Positions 1 to 8,549 are shown, numbered from the stretch's first letter. The stretch: DNA of 54,854 nucleotides from Desulfobacterales bacterium (GCA_013375395.1 JABXJW010000002.1:3733-58586); one strand, 5' to 3'. A program made the numbers and translations. The notes: a model not told the origin generated them from the sequence alone.

Positions 1-941
1 GCGGTGTGCGTGCCGGATGGGCTAATTTCCCCAACGGCTATATCAGCCTCGACTACCAGACTGAGGTCATGGCCTCCGCCGGTGACCTTATTACGGATCA
101 TGTGGAATGCCTCGAGGCCAATACTCCGTATTTCTTGGCCTTGTCCGGGGCCATTCCGTTGATCGATCCGCATGTGAATACTCCCAAGGGCCGCCAGCCG
201 TTTTCCGTGGCCGGTTCTTTTGACACGGGCGACGGCGGCGGAAAGAAGGAGCGCACCATCGCGGAGGTCGTTGAATGGCTCGCTACCAGTGCAAATTGTC
301 TCGGCGTGGTAGCCTTCGGCACATGTGCCTCCTTTGGCGGCATCCCTGCCGCCAAGGGGAATAAAACCGCGGCGACCGGGGCGTACAATTTCCTGGTGAA
401 TTACAAGGGCCACACCGTATTGAAGGACAAGATCGTCAATTGTCCGGGCTGCGCACCGCACCCTGACTGGATGATCTACCCCGTAGCCTATTTCATTCTC
501 AACGGCGCCCTGCCGGCTCTGGATACGACACAGGTTCTCAATCGGGTATGGTATGGAAACAACCAGGTGTTCAGCAGGAATGTCCAAAAGAACACCGCGC
601 GTGCCATATACACGGGAGACAAAGGCTATGAGGTCTTTTGTGAGGCTGGGGCATGTGCAAAATATTCACAGACGAACCTTTGTACAGACCTGGGCGCTGG
701 TCTGGGCAACGGGGATGGCACAAACCAAAAAGAATGGTGTACCCGGCCGGAGGGGTGCAACGGCTTTATGGCCTCTCCGGACTGTCCGACGCGCAGATGG
801 AACAACTTTGACGATAACACCGTCAACCAGTGGTGTGTAGGCGCCCTGCCCAGGGGTTCCAATTACGTGTGTCAAGGCTGCGCGGAGCCGGATTTTCCGG
901 ACGGTCGATCACCGTTTTTCAGTTCTGATAAGAATGGCTAA
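1..941 (+). CDS. [NiFe] hydrogenase small subunit, periplasmic type (5' end cut by the window edge)
   Basis: The frame is open to the window start; the track ORF 6..941 begins at an internal GTG. Motifs ISLDYQTEVMASAG, AFGTCASFGGIPAAKG, CPGCAPHPDW and CQGCAEPDFPDG match the Fe-S ligand regions of group-1 small subunits. There is no C-terminal TM anchor. The large subunit starts 18 nt downstream. Confidence 0.9.
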   Translation, partial: GVRAGWANFPNGYISLDYQTEVMASAGDLITDHVECLEANTPYFLALSGAIPLIDPHVNTPKGRQPFSVAGSFDTGDGGGKKERTIAEVVEWLATSANCLGVVAFGTCASFGGIPAAKGNKTAATGAYNFLVNYKGHTVLKDKIVNCPGCAPHPDWMIYPVAYFILNGALPALDTTQVLNRVWYGNNQVFSRNVQKNTARAIYTGDKGYEVFCEAGACAKYSQTNLCTDLGAGLGNGDGTNQKEWCTRPEGCNGFMASPDCPTRRWNNFDDNTVNQWCVGALPRGSNYVCQGCAEPDFPDGRSPFFSSDKNG

Positions 942-958
942 TAAGGAGGTGAATATAG

Positions 959-2941
959 ATGCCACAAATTAATATAGATCCGGTAAACCGTATTGAAGGA
1001 CATCAAAAATGGGAGGTAGACGTTAATACCGACGGCAGGAGCCATGATGCCAAGGTCAAGGGCATGATGTTCCGCGGCTTTGAGATCATCTTGCAGGGCC
1101 GTGATCCCAGGGACGCCATCATTATCTGCGGCCGCATCTGAGGCGTCTGACTAGTCAGCCATGGATTGGCGGCCGCCAAGAACGTTGGATTTGCTTATGG
1201 TTTCAATGTACACAACGAGGATGCTAGCATTCATCCCAGGCCAGACACGGATGACATCCCCGAAGCGGGGCACCTGACGCGGGATGTGATTTATGGGTCT
1301 AATTATGTAGCGTCCCATATCGTCCACCTCTATCATCTTGCCGCGCTCGATTTTATCGATCCTGCTGCGGCGGGTTTGGACAAGGCCCCGTTTTGTCCCT
1401 CGCATGCTCCTGATCAGTCAGACCCGTTGTACCCGTATTATTATCGGATTCCGACGGCTATGGCGGGCAGCGGTTCAGCTGGGACTTATAATCTGAATGT
1501 ATATCTTGTTGCTCAGTATGTGATCGCCCTCAAGATCCGGCGGATGTGTAATCAGATCACGGCCATCTGGGGCGGCCGGGCGCCTTTTGTCCAGGGCCTC
1601 ACCCCTGGCGGCGCAGCCACTTCGGTGAGCCAGGATGCGATTGATAAAACGCGGGAGATTCTCTATGAAGGCGGTGTGGGAGGGACTCCTGCGAGTCCTG
1701 CCCCCGGCACCATTTTGTCCTTCGTCGGCCAGCCGACGGATTTTGCACTTTGGGTTGCTGACGGTGCTGATCCCGCCAAGCTGCCGATCATAGGCGACGT
1801 TAGTCCAGGGGCCTTTGGCGGCACCATGCTCTTTGATACAGTGGCAGTGGCCATGTTTTATCCGGAATACTTCTGGTACGGCAATGCCTACGAGCGTTTC
1901 CTCGCCTATGGGGTCTTTGAAAAAGGGGATCTCTCCAACCCGGACGAACGGCTCTTGAGGCGTGGACGCAAGATAGGCGGGGATAAGTATCCGGGAACGC
2001 CAAATCCTCTGGCGGTCCTTCAGCAGAATGTATTCGAAAACGTGGCCAACAGCTATTACACGTATCAAGGGACCCAGTGGAAGCAGCCGTTGAGTGGGGA
2101 GACGACCCCAGAGCCGCGAAAGACCGGCGCTTATTCGTGGGTCAAGTCTCCGCGCTACAAGGATTTGTCGGATCCCGACTGGGGAACGCCGGTCGGCAAA
2201 CCCGGTGCGGTGCCATATGAGGTAGGCCCCTTGGCCCGGATGCAGGTCAATGGCGACTACTATGCCGGGTTCCTGTATGACTTTTACACGGCTAATAGCG
2301 TCCCGCCCGTAATCCCGGTGGGCCCCTTTGCGGGTGTAACATTCCCCCGGTACGGTGATCCTGCGCCGAACCTGAACAACATCTTCGGCACAGGAGGTAT
2401 GAACATACCCCTGTCCGGCACACTCACCTGGCCGGACCTGAACGCCGATCCGTACAATCTCACCTACGTGGGGGGTTCGGCCTTGGATCGTTATGCCGCC
2501 AGACAGCTTGAGTGCTGGAAGGTCGCAAATGCTATGGTCGGATGGCTGAACAGGCTCGAAGCCAAGGTGGGCCAGGCGACGAGCAAGACACGAACGCCGC
2601 CTGGGGACAGGTTTTATAGAAAATCCTATGGGTGGACCGAGGCCCCGAGGGGCGCCCTTGGCCACTGGATGAAGCTCGGCACGAACGGAAAGATCGAAAA
2701 GTACCAGTGCGTGGTCCCTTCGACCTGGAACGCCTCTCCGAAGGATGGACTTGGTATTATAGGGCCGGCTGAAAAGGCCATGACGCAGATGTTCGTCCCG
2801 GACATCAATCATCCGTTGGAGGTGTTGCGTGTAGGACATTCGTGGGATTTCTGCACTGCCTGCGCTGTCCACGTTGTGAAACGGAAAAAAGGCGGAAAAA
2901 GAGAAGAGAAGGTTGTGAATATAGATCCCACCCACCTCTAA
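959..2941 (+). CDS. [NiFe] hydrogenase large subunit, single 660-codon frame containing two in-frame TGA codons (candidate selenocysteines)
   Basis: An AAGGAGGTG RBS precedes ATG 959. Track ORFs 959..1141 and 1166..2941 share a frame and are separated only by TGA GGC GTC TGA CTA GTC AGC CAT GGA. The joined product reads GRDPRDAIIICGRI-[TGA]-GV-[TGA]-LVSHGLAAAK, which is the L1 motif RxCGxCxxxH. The N-terminus has PVNRIEGH. The C-terminus has DFCTACAVH followed by a 22-aa tail typical of protease-processed large subunits. Confidence 0.85.
1139..1150 (+). other. Two in-frame TGA codons (1139-1141 and 1148-1150) at the positions of both L1 Ni-ligand cysteines; candidate Sec recoding sites
   Basis: Direct reading of the frame gives atc TGA ggc gtc TGA cta gtc agc cat. 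The flanking residues align residue for residue with RI-C-GV-C-xxx-H of [NiFe] hydrogenases. Confidence 0.7.
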
Positions 2942-2944
2942 GAT

Positions 2945-2972
2945 ATGAGGGGGGGAACGCCCCCCCTCATAC
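2945..2972 (+). promoter_or_regulatory. Perfect 12-bp stem-loop between the large subunit and the maturation protease (mRNA stabiliser or partial terminator candidate)
   Basis: tatgaggggggg-aacg-ccccccctcata: a 12-bp perfect stem including a G7/C7 run, with a 4-nt loop. It starts 4 nt after the TAA at 2939-2941. No clear T-run follows. Confidence 0.5.
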
Positions 2973-2985
2973 ATCCCTTCTTCCT

Positions 2986-3468
2986 ATGTCAGCGCCAGCC
3001 CCAACAGAGAGGAAACCGATCCTCATTCTCGGTGTGGGAAACATCCTTTTGAAAGACGAAGGGATTGGTGTGCATATAGCGGAACGCCTTCAGGCCGTGG
3101 ACCTGCCGGACGAGGTGGAAGTACTCGAAGGCGGAGTTCTGGGAGTGGATCTTTTGGAGCATATGGAGCACAGAGAAAAGGTCATCATCATTGATGCGGT
3201 CCAGGGGGACATGGGGCCGGGCACGATTTACCGGTTGACCAGAAAAGAGATTGAAATGGGAGAGAACAGGTGTCTTTCCTCTCTCCACGAGATCGACCTG
3301 CCCTATGTCCTTAATGTAGGGGATTTCATGGGGCACTACATAGACCCTGTCATCATCGGGGTGGAACCCAAGGATTTGAGCGTGGGCCTCGATCTTTCCC
3401 CTGAGATCGAGGCCCTGATCCCCAAGGTGGTGGATCTCGTGATGAAAGAAATTGGTCAAATGAATTAA
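2986..3468 (+). CDS. Hydrogenase maturation endopeptidase (HyaD/HybD/HoxM family)
   Basis: Start taken at ATG 2986 (MSAPAPTERKPILILGVGN...); the track ORF from 2842 overlaps the large subunit. Motifs ILGVGNILLKDEGIGVH, IIIDAV and LHEIDL are typical of the Ni-dependent C-terminal protease. It lies immediately downstream of the large subunit. Confidence 0.85.
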   Translation: MSAPAPTERKPILILGVGNILLKDEGIGVHIAERLQAVDLPDEVEVLEGGVLGVDLLEHMEHREKVIIIDAVQGDMGPGTIYRLTRKEIEMGENRCLSSLHEIDLPYVLNVGDFMGHYIDPVIIGVEPKDLSVGLDLSPEIEALIPKVVDLVMKEIGQMN

Positions 3469-3497
3469 CCGCAGACAGGCGCGGACGAACGCAGACA

Positions 3498-3549
3498 TTT
3501 TGTTCGGCCGACCTGGCCGAACAAAACAAGCAATCCGCCGCAAGGCGGA
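3498..3549 (+). terminator. Two stem-loops ending the hydrogenase operon
   Basis: ttttgttcggcc-gacct-ggccgaacaaaa (3498-3526) has a 12-bp perfect stem with A/T runs in both arms, so it is bidirectional in form. tccgcc-gcaa-ggcgga (3534-3549) has a 6-bp stem and a GNRA-like loop. Confidence 0.6.
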
Positions 3550-3627
3550 AAGAAACTAATTGCGGTTCAAGATATCTTTACTAAAACTAATGACAACTGA
3601 CAGATTTGATTGGAGGTTAGGCAACTT

Positions 3628-5181
3628 ATGAAGGTTCTATCATCAGCCAGACTTCTTTTGTGCGTGACTGTGTTCCTCTTGTTTTTTGGCGGCGGCTGTG
3701 AGGAAAAATCAGAATTAAAAGATCGCGGCAAAACGGGCGATGGGGATAAGAAGATCGCAGCGAAAGTGGGCGATGCGGAGATTACAGGGGCAGAGCTTGA
3801 TGCCGCCATGGACAAGATACCTGAAAGAAGCCGAAAAAGATATCGCCAAAGGGTCCTCAATCATCTGATAGAAGCCAAGGTCTTTTCCGGGGAGGCGAGA
3901 AGGGCTGGGCTGGACAGGGATCCGAAAATCGAGGAGGCTTTGGATAAGGCCGCCAACGAAATACTGGCGCGATATTTTGTCAAGAAATATGTTGATCCAC
4001 AGGCATTACCTTCAGAAGAGGAGGTCAAGAAATACTATCTGGAACACACGGATCAGTTTGTTGTCCCCGAAGGGGTGTTGGTCCGGCACATCGTGGTCAA
4101 GAAAAAGGAACAGGCTGATGCGGTGTTAAAGGCCGTGAAAGGGGGTGCATCTTTCGAGGAGATCTCCAAGAGAAAATCGCCTCTCCGTTCACGGAAAAAA
4201 GGAGGACGGCTTTGGCTATATAAGGGAAGGATGGCGCCGGAACTGGAGAAAGTGGCCTTTGACCTTGAAACCGGAAAACTGAGTGACGTCATAGAAACAA
4301 AGAAGGGTTACCAGATCATAAAGGTTCTCGATAAAAGCGATAAAAGGCAGATAGGTCTTGAAGAGGCAAAGACACCGATACGCCTTAAATTATCACAGGA
4401 GAGAAAAAGGGGGCTTATCCATCAGTACTATGAACGGGCAAAGGTAGACAAAGAGCCCGGACAGGGTGTGCTTGTCAAGGTAGAGGATGAGGCCCTCACC
4501 GAAGAAGCCCTTGCCACTATTCTGGCCAAAGTTCCTGAAAAAGAAAAAGAAAAGGTCAAGCAGAGTTGGATTCGTTATTTTATAGAAACGAAGGTTTTTT
4601 CCAAGGAGGCAAAAAAGGTTGGTCTCGAAACCGACCCGCAGGTAGCCGATGAACTTAAGAGAAGCAAAGATGAGATCCTGGCCAAAGCCTTTCGGCAAAA
4701 ATTTGTGGTGGATAAGTGTAAAGTAAGCGACGAGGAAGTGGGCGACTATTACCAGGCCCACCTCGAGAAGTTCAAAATACCCTTGAGGGTTAGGATAAGG
4801 TCTATCGTAGTCACAAAGAGGGAAGAGGCGGAAGAGATCTTAAAAGAACTCAAAGGCGGCGCTGCTTTTAGTCATCTGGCTATCAAGAGATCGGTTCACC
4901 CTTCGGCCCCAAGGGGAGGGGAGCTAGGGTGGTTTGGTGAAGGAGAAAAGGACCCGACTCTGGAAAAGGCCGCCTTTGCCATCGAGAAAGGGCAGATCAG
5001 CGACATCATCAAGACGGAGAGTGGTTGCGAGATCATCAAAGTGATGGATAAGAAAGGTGGCGGGACCAGATCCCTTGAAGAGGTCCATTCATCGATCAAG
5101 ACGATCCTGACAAGAAAAAAAATTCAGGCCGAAAAAGAACGTTATTTCCAAAAAGCAGGAGTCAAGGTACTGGGGGCGTAG
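3628..5181 (+). CDS. Peptidyl-prolyl cis-trans isomerase, SurA/PrsA-like, with two parvulin domains and a signal peptide
   Basis: ATG 3628 lies 11 nt after GGAGG (3612-3616). The N-terminus MKVLSSARLLLCVTVFLLFFGGGC is signal-like. Two parvulin-type segments are present: VRHIVVKKKEQADAVLKAVKGGASFEEISKRKS and IRSIVVTKREEAEEILKELKGGAAFSHLAIKRS...GGELGWFGEGE. Confidence 0.8.
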   Translation: MKVLSSARLLLCVTVFLLFFGGGCEEKSELKDRGKTGDGDKKIAAKVGDAEITGAELDAAMDKIPERSRKRYRQRVLNHLIEAKVFSGEARRAGLDRDPKIEEALDKAANEILARYFVKKYVDPQALPSEEEVKKYYLEHTDQFVVPEGVLVRHIVVKKKEQADAVLKAVKGGASFEEISKRKSPLRSRKKGGRLWLYKGRMAPELEKVAFDLETGKLSDVIETKKGYQIIKVLDKSDKRQIGLEEAKTPIRLKLSQERKRGLIHQYYERAKVDKEPGQGVLVKVEDEALTEEALATILAKVPEKEKEKVKQSWIRYFIETKVFSKEAKKVGLETDPQVADELKRSKDEILAKAFRQKFVVDKCKVSDEEVGDYYQAHLEKFKIPLRVRIRSIVVTKREEAEEILKELKGGAAFSHLAIKRSVHPSAPRGGELGWFGEGEKDPTLEKAAFAIEKGQISDIIKTESGCEIIKVMDKKGGGTRSLEEVHSSIKTILTRKKIQAEKERYFQKAGVKVLGA

Positions 5182-5710
5182 TGTGATTTGTCAGTGGCCC
5201 GTCCGCCTCGGCTGAGCCTCGCAATGCCGGGCGGGTCAGTCGTCAGTGGTCACTGGTCATTGGACGTGTTCCGTCTTGCTGGTTTCCCGTTTCTGGTTAT
5301 GGGTTGCAGGACTCCAGCCTGGATTTTCGGAACATAGCAGAGCTAAGAACTTATTTGTCCAAAGTATGCAACTTTCTTCCCTCAGCGAGGACCTGATATG
5401 GAGATTTTTTCACACTCTGCCTGGTGATGTCGCGGCCGGGAACGCTCAAGAATATGGGTGTAAAATGAATAAGTTAGAGCCAATCAAAAAGATATCTGAC
5501 GCAGGGCGCCGCCTCGCAGCCCTGCGCGGGGCCAGCATGATGCAAGCTTCGATACCGAAGCTATCCAAAATGTGAATTCTTTTTCCCTTTATTGGTACCA
5601 TCATGGACTTCCGCCCTATGTATTCGGTAAGGCAGTTACAAGGTGACGCCAAATATTGCTGTAAAATTAACAGGTTACAAATTGAAGTTGCCGGCAAAAA
5701 AGTCCTGCCC

Positions 5711-5726
5711 TGGCATGCTTCTTGTA
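5711..5726 (+). promoter_or_regulatory. Sigma-54-like -24/-12 element candidate upstream of the priming transferase
   Basis: TGGCAT-gcttc-TTGTA versus consensus TGGCAC-N5-TTGCW. The GG is correctly spaced, but the -12 GC is GT. It lies about 180 nt upstream of GTG 5903. Confidence 0.25.
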
Positions 5727-5902
5727 GCACAATAGGGCTTGAAGAGCGGCCTGGCTCTAGCGCTGAGAATTGAGGCCGAGTTTTTTGCACTCACAAGAAG
5801 CGGAAGCTTCTATTATCTATCCCGAGTAGTTGAGCAGATCAAGAGTTTTTTGGTATTTCCAGCAAGCAGCCTTGGCAAATCAGTAACGCCTGGAGATAAA
5901 TC

Positions 5903-7339
5903 GTGTCGCAATTCCGTCGACAATTGCTGCTAACTTTGTTGAAGTTTTCAGATGGGTGCATCTTGTTGATGGGCCTATTCATAACCTCTTGGCTCACTGC
6001 AACGGAATTGAAACACGTGAGTTTGGCAGATTTTCTTTCGATGCGAATCAAAATCTCCAACTTAATCGGCTTATTGGCTATGATATTTTTGTGGCACATG
6101 ATTTATCGTTTCTTCCGCCTCTACCGTTCTCGAAGACTGCAGAATTATACCAGGGAATGGAAAGATATCGTTAAGTCTACGACCGCAGGAACGCTCATTT
6201 TTTTTCTATGCGGCAAGGTCTTTAACACCGGCCCTTTCACGCCAATGTTTGCCTTGGGTTTTTGGCTTTCAACTACATTTCTGACCATATCCTTCCGAAC
6301 GCTCTTACGATACGCTCTCAAGAAAGTGCGCGCCTACGGCAGAAACTTGCGCTTTGTCCTCATTGTTGGAACTAATGAGAGGGCTTATGCCTTTGCGCGT
6401 GCTATCGAGGGAAACAGGGAATTGGGGTATCACTTGGCAGGATACGTTGACGATGTCTTACATACTGCTCCCAAGCAAGAAATAAAGCTTTTGGGAACAT
6501 TAAAAGATTTTCCCAATATTATACGGAACCGGGTCATTGATGAGGTAATTATTGCCCTGCCTATTAAATCCCAGTACGAAGGAATTCAAGCAATTATACA
6601 CAAGGCGGAAGAACAGGGCATCACGATCCGTTGTCTTTACCATCTTTTCAATACCAAGATCTCTACATCAAGCATGGCAATACTTGGAGGTCTTCGTATT
6701 CCTGTATTGGAAATAGCCTCCGGGCGCCAGGACAACACGATGTATCCGGCAAAACGCGCCGTAGACATTGTGTTGGGATTTACCTTACTCATATTGACAT
6801 TGCCTGTGATGATAGTTGCTGCTATTGCTATTAAACTCACCTCCCCCGGACCGGTTTTCTTCGTTCAAGACCGGGTAGGCTACAACAAGCGAATCTTCCC
6901 GCTGTATAAATTCCGGACCATGATAGTGGGAGCGGAGAAAACGCAGCAAGAACTGGAAGCCATGAACGAGATGGACGGCCCGGTATTCAAAATCCGAGAT
7001 GACCCAAGGGTGACCAAAGTGGGCCAGTGGCTCCGGAAAACGAGCATCGACGAGCTTCCACAGCTTCATAACGTCCTCCGGGGCCACATGAGCCTGGTTG
7101 GCCCCAGGCCACTTCCAGTGCGTGATTACAATGGCTTTAAGGATGATTGGCAACGCCGGCGATTCAGTGTGCGACCCGGCCTCACTTGCCTCTGGCAAGT
7201 TAACGGCAGGAATCATACTTGTTTCGATGATTGGATGAAGTTGGACATGAAATACATTGACAACTGGACTTTTCTTGGCGATATGAAGATACTCCTTAAA
7301 ACAATACCGGTCGTGTTCAATGGAAAGGGGGCATCATAG
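5903..7339 (+). CDS. Polyprenyl-phosphate glycosyl-phosphotransferase (WbaP/EpsB-type bacterial sugar transferase), EPS priming enzyme
   Basis: N-terminal TM segments. The C-terminal Bac_transf motifs are PGPVFFVQDRVGYNKRIFPLYKFRTM and DELPQLHNVLRGHMSLVGPRP. Confidence 0.9.
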   Translation: MSQFRRQLLLTLLKFSDGCILLMGLFITSWLTATELKHVSLADFLSMRIKISNLIGLLAMIFLWHMIYRFFRLYRSRRLQNYTREWKDIVKSTTAGTLIFFLCGKVFNTGPFTPMFALGFWLSTTFLTISFRTLLRYALKKVRAYGRNLRFVLIVGTNERAYAFARAIEGNRELGYHLAGYVDDVLHTAPKQEIKLLGTLKDFPNIIRNRVIDEVIIALPIKSQYEGIQAIIHKAEEQGITIRCLYHLFNTKISTSSMAILGGLRIPVLEIASGRQDNTMYPAKRAVDIVLGFTLLILTLPVMIVAAIAIKLTSPGPVFFVQDRVGYNKRIFPLYKFRTMIVGAEKTQQELEAMNEMDGPVFKIRDDPRVTKVGQWLRKTSIDELPQLHNVLRGHMSLVGPRPLPVRDYNGFKDDWQRRRFSVRPGLTCLWQVNGRNHTCFDDWMKLDMKYIDNWTFLGDMKILLKTIPVVFNGKGAS

Positions 7340-7345
7340 ATAAAA

Positions 7346-7426
7346 GCGTGCCCTCCCTCTTCCGGCACGCCTCCAATCCACTCCAACACCCCTCTTGCCG
7401 CCCTCCATTGTAAAAACAGAGGGGTG
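7346..7426. terminator. Two hairpins between convergent genes
   Basis: gcgtgcc-N11-ggcacgc (7346-7370) and cacccctct-N22-agaggggtg (7387-7426). Neither has a clean U-run. Confidence 0.35.
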
Positions 7427-7447
7427 GTAAAATCAATTGTCTTGAAT

Positions 7448-8545
7448 TTATGTCAATGAGATACTTCTGATAATCAACGCGGAGTTATTGCCGGCCGGAT
7501 CAAGGGAAGTAATCAAAATAGTATCAGCCGGATTCCGGCTAATTATTCTCAAGCTCGTTCCTATCTGCATACTTCCGCCGGCACTATAGCTGTCACCAAG
7601 GAGAGGCCTGAGATCGGTTTGAGGGATACTTGAGCCAAGGGTCTCCCCGATGGCCTTGTGTTCAATGTCTTTTTGCTGCTGGTTAAGATTGGTTCCCAGG
7701 ATTATCCGGTCGATCTTTCGAGCCTCCAAATTTGCTTCCTCGAGAGCCAGTTCAATTGCCCTCACCAGACCCTCCGTATTTGGAGAAAGAGTGTTGCCAT
7801 AGCCAACTATTTCTCCGTAAATACTTGCCTGCCGTTTGACTGCATCTTCCATTCTTTCCAAAGCAAAGATCACACTTCCTTCTGCCGGAAAACTATCCGC
7901 TGAAATGGCGCCTTGTCCAATATGAAACATAAATAGTTCCTCACAAAGTTCTTCTGCTCCTCCGGCGATCATGCATTTGACCCGTTTGCTCCGGAGATAG
8001 TTGAGACTAATGCCAATAGCGTCCAGTGATGCACTGTAGCCGGTAGATACGGTGACACTCAACCCCCGGATGTCCTCCTTGATTGCCAAATGACCGGCTG
8101 GCGCATTTATCACCGTATTTGCGAAAGCCATTGGGCTGACAAATCGCGGGCCTTCGGTCAATGATTCTCGATCAAAAGAGCTGATACTGTGAAGTATCCC
8201 GCAGGTGGTTCCCAGGGCGAGCCCCAAATGGTCCGGAGCATAGCAAATGTAATCCCGATTATCATTCTTGATGTGGGCATCTTTCAGGCATAGGAAGGTA
8301 GCTGACATAAGTAGTTTAGTCGTTCTGTTTAAGTATTTGAGACCTTTTGCCCCTAAGTAGACTTTTGGATCAAAATCGGTTATCTCGCCGGCCTGGTTAT
8401 AATGATATTTCGAAGTGTCGAAGAGGGTAATGGGTCTTATTGCTGAATTGTCGGATTCCAGTCCTTGCCAGAATCCCTCTTTTCCCTCACCAACGGGAGT
8501 AATGGCGCCTAATCCAGTGATTACAATGCGCTTCTTTTTCCCCAT
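7448..8545 (-). CDS. Beta-ketoacyl synthase-like protein lacking the catalytic triad (KS-beta / chain-length-factor-like partner)
   Basis: Start taken at ATG 8545 (MGKKKRIVITGLG), 4 nt after the KS-alpha stop. KS fold motifs are present, but the active-site Cys position reads STGYSAS and the two His positions read GTNLN and GDSYSAG. Confidence 0.8.
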   Translation of the reverse strand: MGKKKRIVITGLGAITPVGEGKEGFWQGLESDNSAIRPITLFDTSKYHYNQAGEITDFDPKVYLGAKGLKYLNRTTKLLMSATFLCLKDAHIKNDNRDYICYAPDHLGLALGTTCGILHSISSFDRESLTEGPRFVSPMAFANTVINAPAGHLAIKEDIRGLSVTVSTGYSASLDAIGISLNYLRSKRVKCMIAGGAEELCEELFMFHIGQGAISADSFPAEGSVIFALERMEDAVKRQASIYGEIVGYGNTLSPNTEGLVRAIELALEEANLEARKIDRIILGTNLNQQQKDIEHKAIGETLGSSIPQTDLRPLLGDSYSAGGSMQIGTSLRIISRNPADTILITSLDPAGNNSALIIRSISLT

Positions 8546-8549
8546 GAGA

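Noticed and set aside
1139-1150. TGA reassigned genome-wide (code 4 Trp or code 25 Gly) as the explanation for the in-frame TGAs.
   Set aside because: Many well-delimited genes in this window terminate at TGA with the next gene starting immediately, for example KS-alpha at 8550, the flippase at 23535-23537 (ATGA overlap) and GT26 at 36295-36297. Both hydrogenase TGAs and the fdhA TGA fall on Cys/Sec positions, not Trp or Gly positions.
1150-1176. A cluster of restriction sites, ACTAGT (1150-1155), CCATGG (1159-1164) and GCGGCCGC (1169-1176), resembling a synthetic polylinker or stop cassette.
   Set aside because: In frame, the stretch encodes the conserved L1 continuation LVSH-GLAAAK of the hydrogenase. 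The frame is maintained with correct motif spacing. A natural sequence is more parsimonious, although a read-level check is still advised.
1475-2974. A 499-aa minus-strand ORF antisense to the hydrogenase large subunit. Similar long antisense ORFs lie inside KS, FadH-like, FdhA and cytochrome genes, for example 50423..51340, 45078..45602 and 14365..14895.
   Set aside because: No recognisable motifs, and the composition is rich in Arg, Pro and Gly. They mirror strongly supported genes on the opposite strand, which is typical of shadow ORFs in GC-rich coding DNA.
5246-5790. ORFs 5246..5575 (+) and 5446..5790 (-) in the 720-bp gap after the PPIase gene.
   Set aside because: No RBS and no motifs. 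They overlap each other on opposite strands. The region is better treated as non-coding regulatory DNA; it contains an imperfect GC-rich hairpin at ~5198-5240 and gcagggc-N11-gccctgc at ~5500-5526.
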